A DNA stretch of 58,288 bases from a virus. Lineage: Duplodnaviria; Caudoviricetes. This document shows, piece by piece, positions 55,691 to 58,288 of this stretch. The notes below the pieces were generated by a model. It made no database searches and was not told where the DNA came from. It saw nothing but the letters and a program-made list of their open reading frames with translations. Where the stretch lies: IMG/VR virus record IMGVR_UViG_3300023174_000192, positions 1 to 58,288 of that record. The stretch is one strand, 5' to 3'. Within the stretch, counting starts at the first letter, position 1, and each line of letters opens with the position of its first letter. A program made the translations under genes and the position numbers.

Positions 55691-58288
55691 CTACCCTTTT
55701 TTCAAAGAAGCTATCCCACCTTGTGCATAGGGTCTAAATCCGGAGTAACTATAACGCGGATTACTGCCTTGCAACTGAGCTGCTTGATAAGCTCTGGTGA
55801 ATTGCGTCGGAATATTTTGTAACGAAGAATAATCAATAGAAGAAGTTTGCGTATAAGGAGAAGTAGGATTGCTCATTTTCCCTAGGGGGGCAGAACCTAT
55901 ATAACCTAGTGATGGAGTAACTGATTGGCCGAAGTTAGGATCATTAACATCGACCACATTTGTCGTGCCTGTCGTGCCTGTCGTGCCTGTCGTGCCTGTC
56001 GTACCTGTCGTACCTGTCGTGCCTGTCGTGCCTGTCGTGCCTGTCGTGCCTGTCGTGCCTGTCGTGCCTGTTGTAGTAGGAACAACAGTGCCCGCAATGT
56101 TCGTACGAGCGACTGTAGCAGGAGCTCCGCCGCCGCCGCCTCCGCCTCCGCCTCCGCCACCGCCACCGCCACCGCTACTTTTTACGACAGATGATCCCCC
56201 CCCACCTTCAATACGAGAGACAAAAGGAGAAATCGGATAACCGAATGAAAAATCATTTGAAAGTATTTTACTACCTCCGCCGAAATTACTCGGTAATGTT
56301 TGTCCTGGAGTAAAGGGGATCCCAGCCAGTACGTTTCCATCATCAAACCTATCTTGCCCAAAAAATTCTGCACGTGCTTCATCGGAAAGTAGGTCATCTA
56401 TTCTAGCAACGTCATCGTAGTTAGTGTTAAGGAAATGATCGGGGATAGCAACGGTACTCCCTGTTTGTTCAATAGGGTCAGTCGCTTCCTTAAACATATC
56501 CGAAACAATACCCATCGTGCTAGAACCTACAGATTCTCCCCCCAGCATTCGACTAGCAGCAGAGCCAAGGGTGTACGCCGCCGCCATCAAAGGACCAGCA
56601 ACAGGTCCACCTGCTATGCCTAAGATACCTGCGGTAGTGTAGTCAATAGCCCCTGTTCCTACCTGTTTTGTGATATTTTCAGGAGTAAATGTTTTCGCAG
56701 CCTTATCTGCAAGGTAATCATACCCCTGTGTCGCAGTATCTATCGGATTCTGTGTCAGCACCTTACCAATGGTACTTCCTACATCTTTAGCACCCTGAAC
56801 AGTGCTATCTATAAGACCTTGGCCCTTCATACCTGCATATTCGGTGAAGCTCACAGGCTTTTGGGGAGTATCACCCGCTACGGTAGTGCCTGCCATAGGA
56901 GCACTGCCAACATTCCCATAGATAGAAGTAAGCGCAGGATTAGCTCCTGCTTGCAACGTACCACCTCTGCCTGCGGAGGGGCCAGTATCGAAGTGCATCA
57001 AATCAAGAGCATTCTTACCGCCCAAGAAATACCCGCCCCAATTTAATGGGGTATTAGGAAAGTTTTCGGTTTGGTATTGTTTAGCTGTTTGAGCAAAATT
57101 CTCATAAAGCCTAAAATTATTACTTTTAGGATCATAACCCATATTAGGCACAGGAATGCCTTTAGGGTCATAAATTTGAATATCTACAGCCTTACCATAG
57201 CCATGTTGAGAAGGTGTGTCCGTACCAGAAATTATCGCTCCGGGACGGTAACTAGAAATAATCCCTGCCGTATATCCGGGAGGCAGAGCTCCTGTCAAAG
57301 CAGCATCCTTAACTGTTTGCTGTACAATGGCAGAGAGAGACTGCTCTGTTCGTGGATCTACCGTCAAAGCCTTGGTCTGAGCTTCGCGGCCTTCCGGAGT
57401 GTACCGACTGAACAAGTAATCAGCAATGCCCTTAGCTTCTGGGCTTGCATGATATACCCCCTGCCTATCTGTGTACCCTGTGTCTTTAGCCGAAATAATC
57501 GGGTCACGAACATCCGTCAAAACAGAATTTTGAGCGGCGGCATACTGCCCACCCAATCCCGTGTTAAGGATACTGGAAACATCCGTTTCAGAAGAAGGCG
57601 GCGAGAAAAACCCATACGGAGAAAGCTGCGGGGTATCTGTTAAAGGATCAACCTTCTCTGATGCAAAAAGTGCAGGATTTACCGCAGGTGATAACGATTC
57701 TTCAAAAGGATTTGCAATATCAAGAAAAGCCATCCTATTGGCTAACGACCCCGTATCTGCGTAAGAAGGCGTAACATTACTAGGAGATGAAAATGAAGAA
57801 ATCATGTCCGAAGGGGAATACGAAGTTGGGTAATTACTTTCGTAAGGAGAATCCGAAATTTGGGAAGCGCGTTCATAATTAGGAACACTATAAGATCCCG
57901 GAGATTGAGGAAAAGCAGCAGGTCCCATGATTTTTGCTTGTGCAAAGTCAGGAAGGGTGAAACTACCGTTGTAAAGATTACTGGGAGAATAACCAGAATC
58001 TAAAAAGCTAATATAGTTACTCGCGTCAGGAAGCGTTACCGTCCCATAGGGCAGTGGCGAGTAAAGATCTGGAAGCGGTAACGGTGGAGAATAAGGATCC
58101 ACATAAGGAGGCGGAGAATAAGGATCCACATAAGGAGGTGGCGAATAAGGATCCACATAAGGAGGCGGAGAATAAGGATCCACATAAGGAGGTGGAGAAT
58201 AAGGATCCACATAAGGAGGTGGAGAATAAGGATCCACATAAGGAGGTGGAGAATAAGGATCCACATAAGGAGGAGGAGAATAAGGATC
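55691..58288 (-). CDS. C-terminal part of large virion protein with peptidase M15-like domain and low-complexity repeats (begins at 691 across the junction)
   Basis: Frame open to the window end; SSYR...SQH..G.AVDI...WGG.F...D..HF Zn-peptidase motifs; PPPYVDPYS, poly-Gly and Thr-Thr-Gly repeats; ends YAQGGIASLKKG. Confidence 0.8.
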   Translation of the reverse strand, partial: DPYSPPPYVDPYSPPPYVDPYSPPPYVDPYSPPPYVDPYSPPPYVDPYSPPPYVDPYSPPPYVDPYSPPLPLPDLYSPLPYGTVTLPDASNYISFLDSGYSPSNLYNGSFTLPDFAQAKIMGPAAFPQSPGSYSVPNYERASQISDSPYESNYPTSYSPSDMISSFSSPSNVTPSYADTGSLANRMAFLDIANPFEESLSPAVNPALFASEKVDPLTDTPQLSPYGFFSPPSSETDVSSILNTGLGGQYAAAQNSVLTDVRDPIISAKDTGYTDRQGVYHASPEAKGIADYLFSRYTPEGREAQTKALTVDPRTEQSLSAIVQQTVKDAALTGALPPGYTAGIISSYRPGAIISGTDTPSQHGYGKAVDIQIYDPKGIPVPNMGYDPKSNNFRLYENFAQTAKQYQTENFPNTPLNWGGYFLGGKNALDLMHFDTGPSAGRGGTLQAGANPALTSIYGNVGSAPMAGTTVAGDTPQKPVSFTEYAGMKGQGLIDSTVQGAKDVGSTIGKVLTQNPIDTATQGYDYLADKAAKTFTPENITKQVGTGAIDYTTAGILGIAGGPVAGPLMAAAYTLGSAASRMLGGESVGSSTMGIVSDMFKEATDPIEQTGSTVAIPDHFLNTNYDDVARIDDLLSDEARAEFFGQDRFDDGNVLAGIPFTPGQTLPSNFGGGSKILSNDFSFGYPISPFVSRIEGGGGSSVVKSSGGGGGGGGGGGGGGGGAPATVARTNIAGTVVPTTTGTTGTTGTTGTTGTTGTTGTTGTTGTTGTTGTTGTTNVVDVNDPNFGQSVTPSLGYIGSAPLGKMSNPTSPYTQTSSIDYSSLQNIPTQFTRAYQAAQLQGSNPRYSYSGFRPYAQGGIASLKKG
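55961..56068. repeat. 12 x 9-bp tandem repeat (TGTCGTRCC; Thr-Thr-Gly)
   Basis: Directly visible. Confidence 0.95.
58085..58288. repeat. 27-bp coding tandem repeat, same unit as the window start
   Basis: Directly visible. Confidence 0.95.

Noticed and set aside
1-58288. Integrase/prophage boundaries, tRNA genes, phage RNA polymerase, alternative genetic code
   Set aside because: None recognised by eye; genes tile densely under the standard code and no host genes flank the phage. A tRNAscan run would be needed to fully exclude tRNAs.

Overview
The window is a near-complete, circularly permuted ~58 kb genome of a tailed dsDNA phage (podovirus-like: P22-type portal, Mu gpT-like major capsid protein, internal ejection proteins, no tape measure). 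Both ends fall in the same 27-bp coding tandem repeat, so the last gene (55691-58288) continues in frame into 691-2. All credible genes are on the minus strand except one SNF2-type helicase. Modules: packaging (TerS, TerL, portal), small early genes including GcrA and an OmpR/CtrA-like winged helix (pointing to an alphaproteobacterial host), replication (PolA, AEP primase, UvrD, SSB, SNF2), lysis (GH108, 3-TM holin) and virion genes. The most notable element is a DNA base-modification cluster next to the polymerase: a thymidylate-synthase-family probable dUMP hydroxymethylase, a GT-B glycosyltransferase, the helical (aGPT-PPlase1) domain of 5-hmdU DNA kinase with no visible kinase or amino acid:DNA transferase partner, an FkbM methyltransferase, an Nmad1-type NTP pyrophosphatase and an HD nucleotidase. 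This suggests glycosylated, base-J-like, possibly O-methylated hydroxymethyluracil DNA. Other signals are a five-unit 23-bp palindromic array, a large inverted repeat, a shared promoter motif, a recurring xxxGG tag with an associated small domain in virion proteins, and two candidate structured RNAs. All functional calls come from motif recognition by eye; no searches were run.
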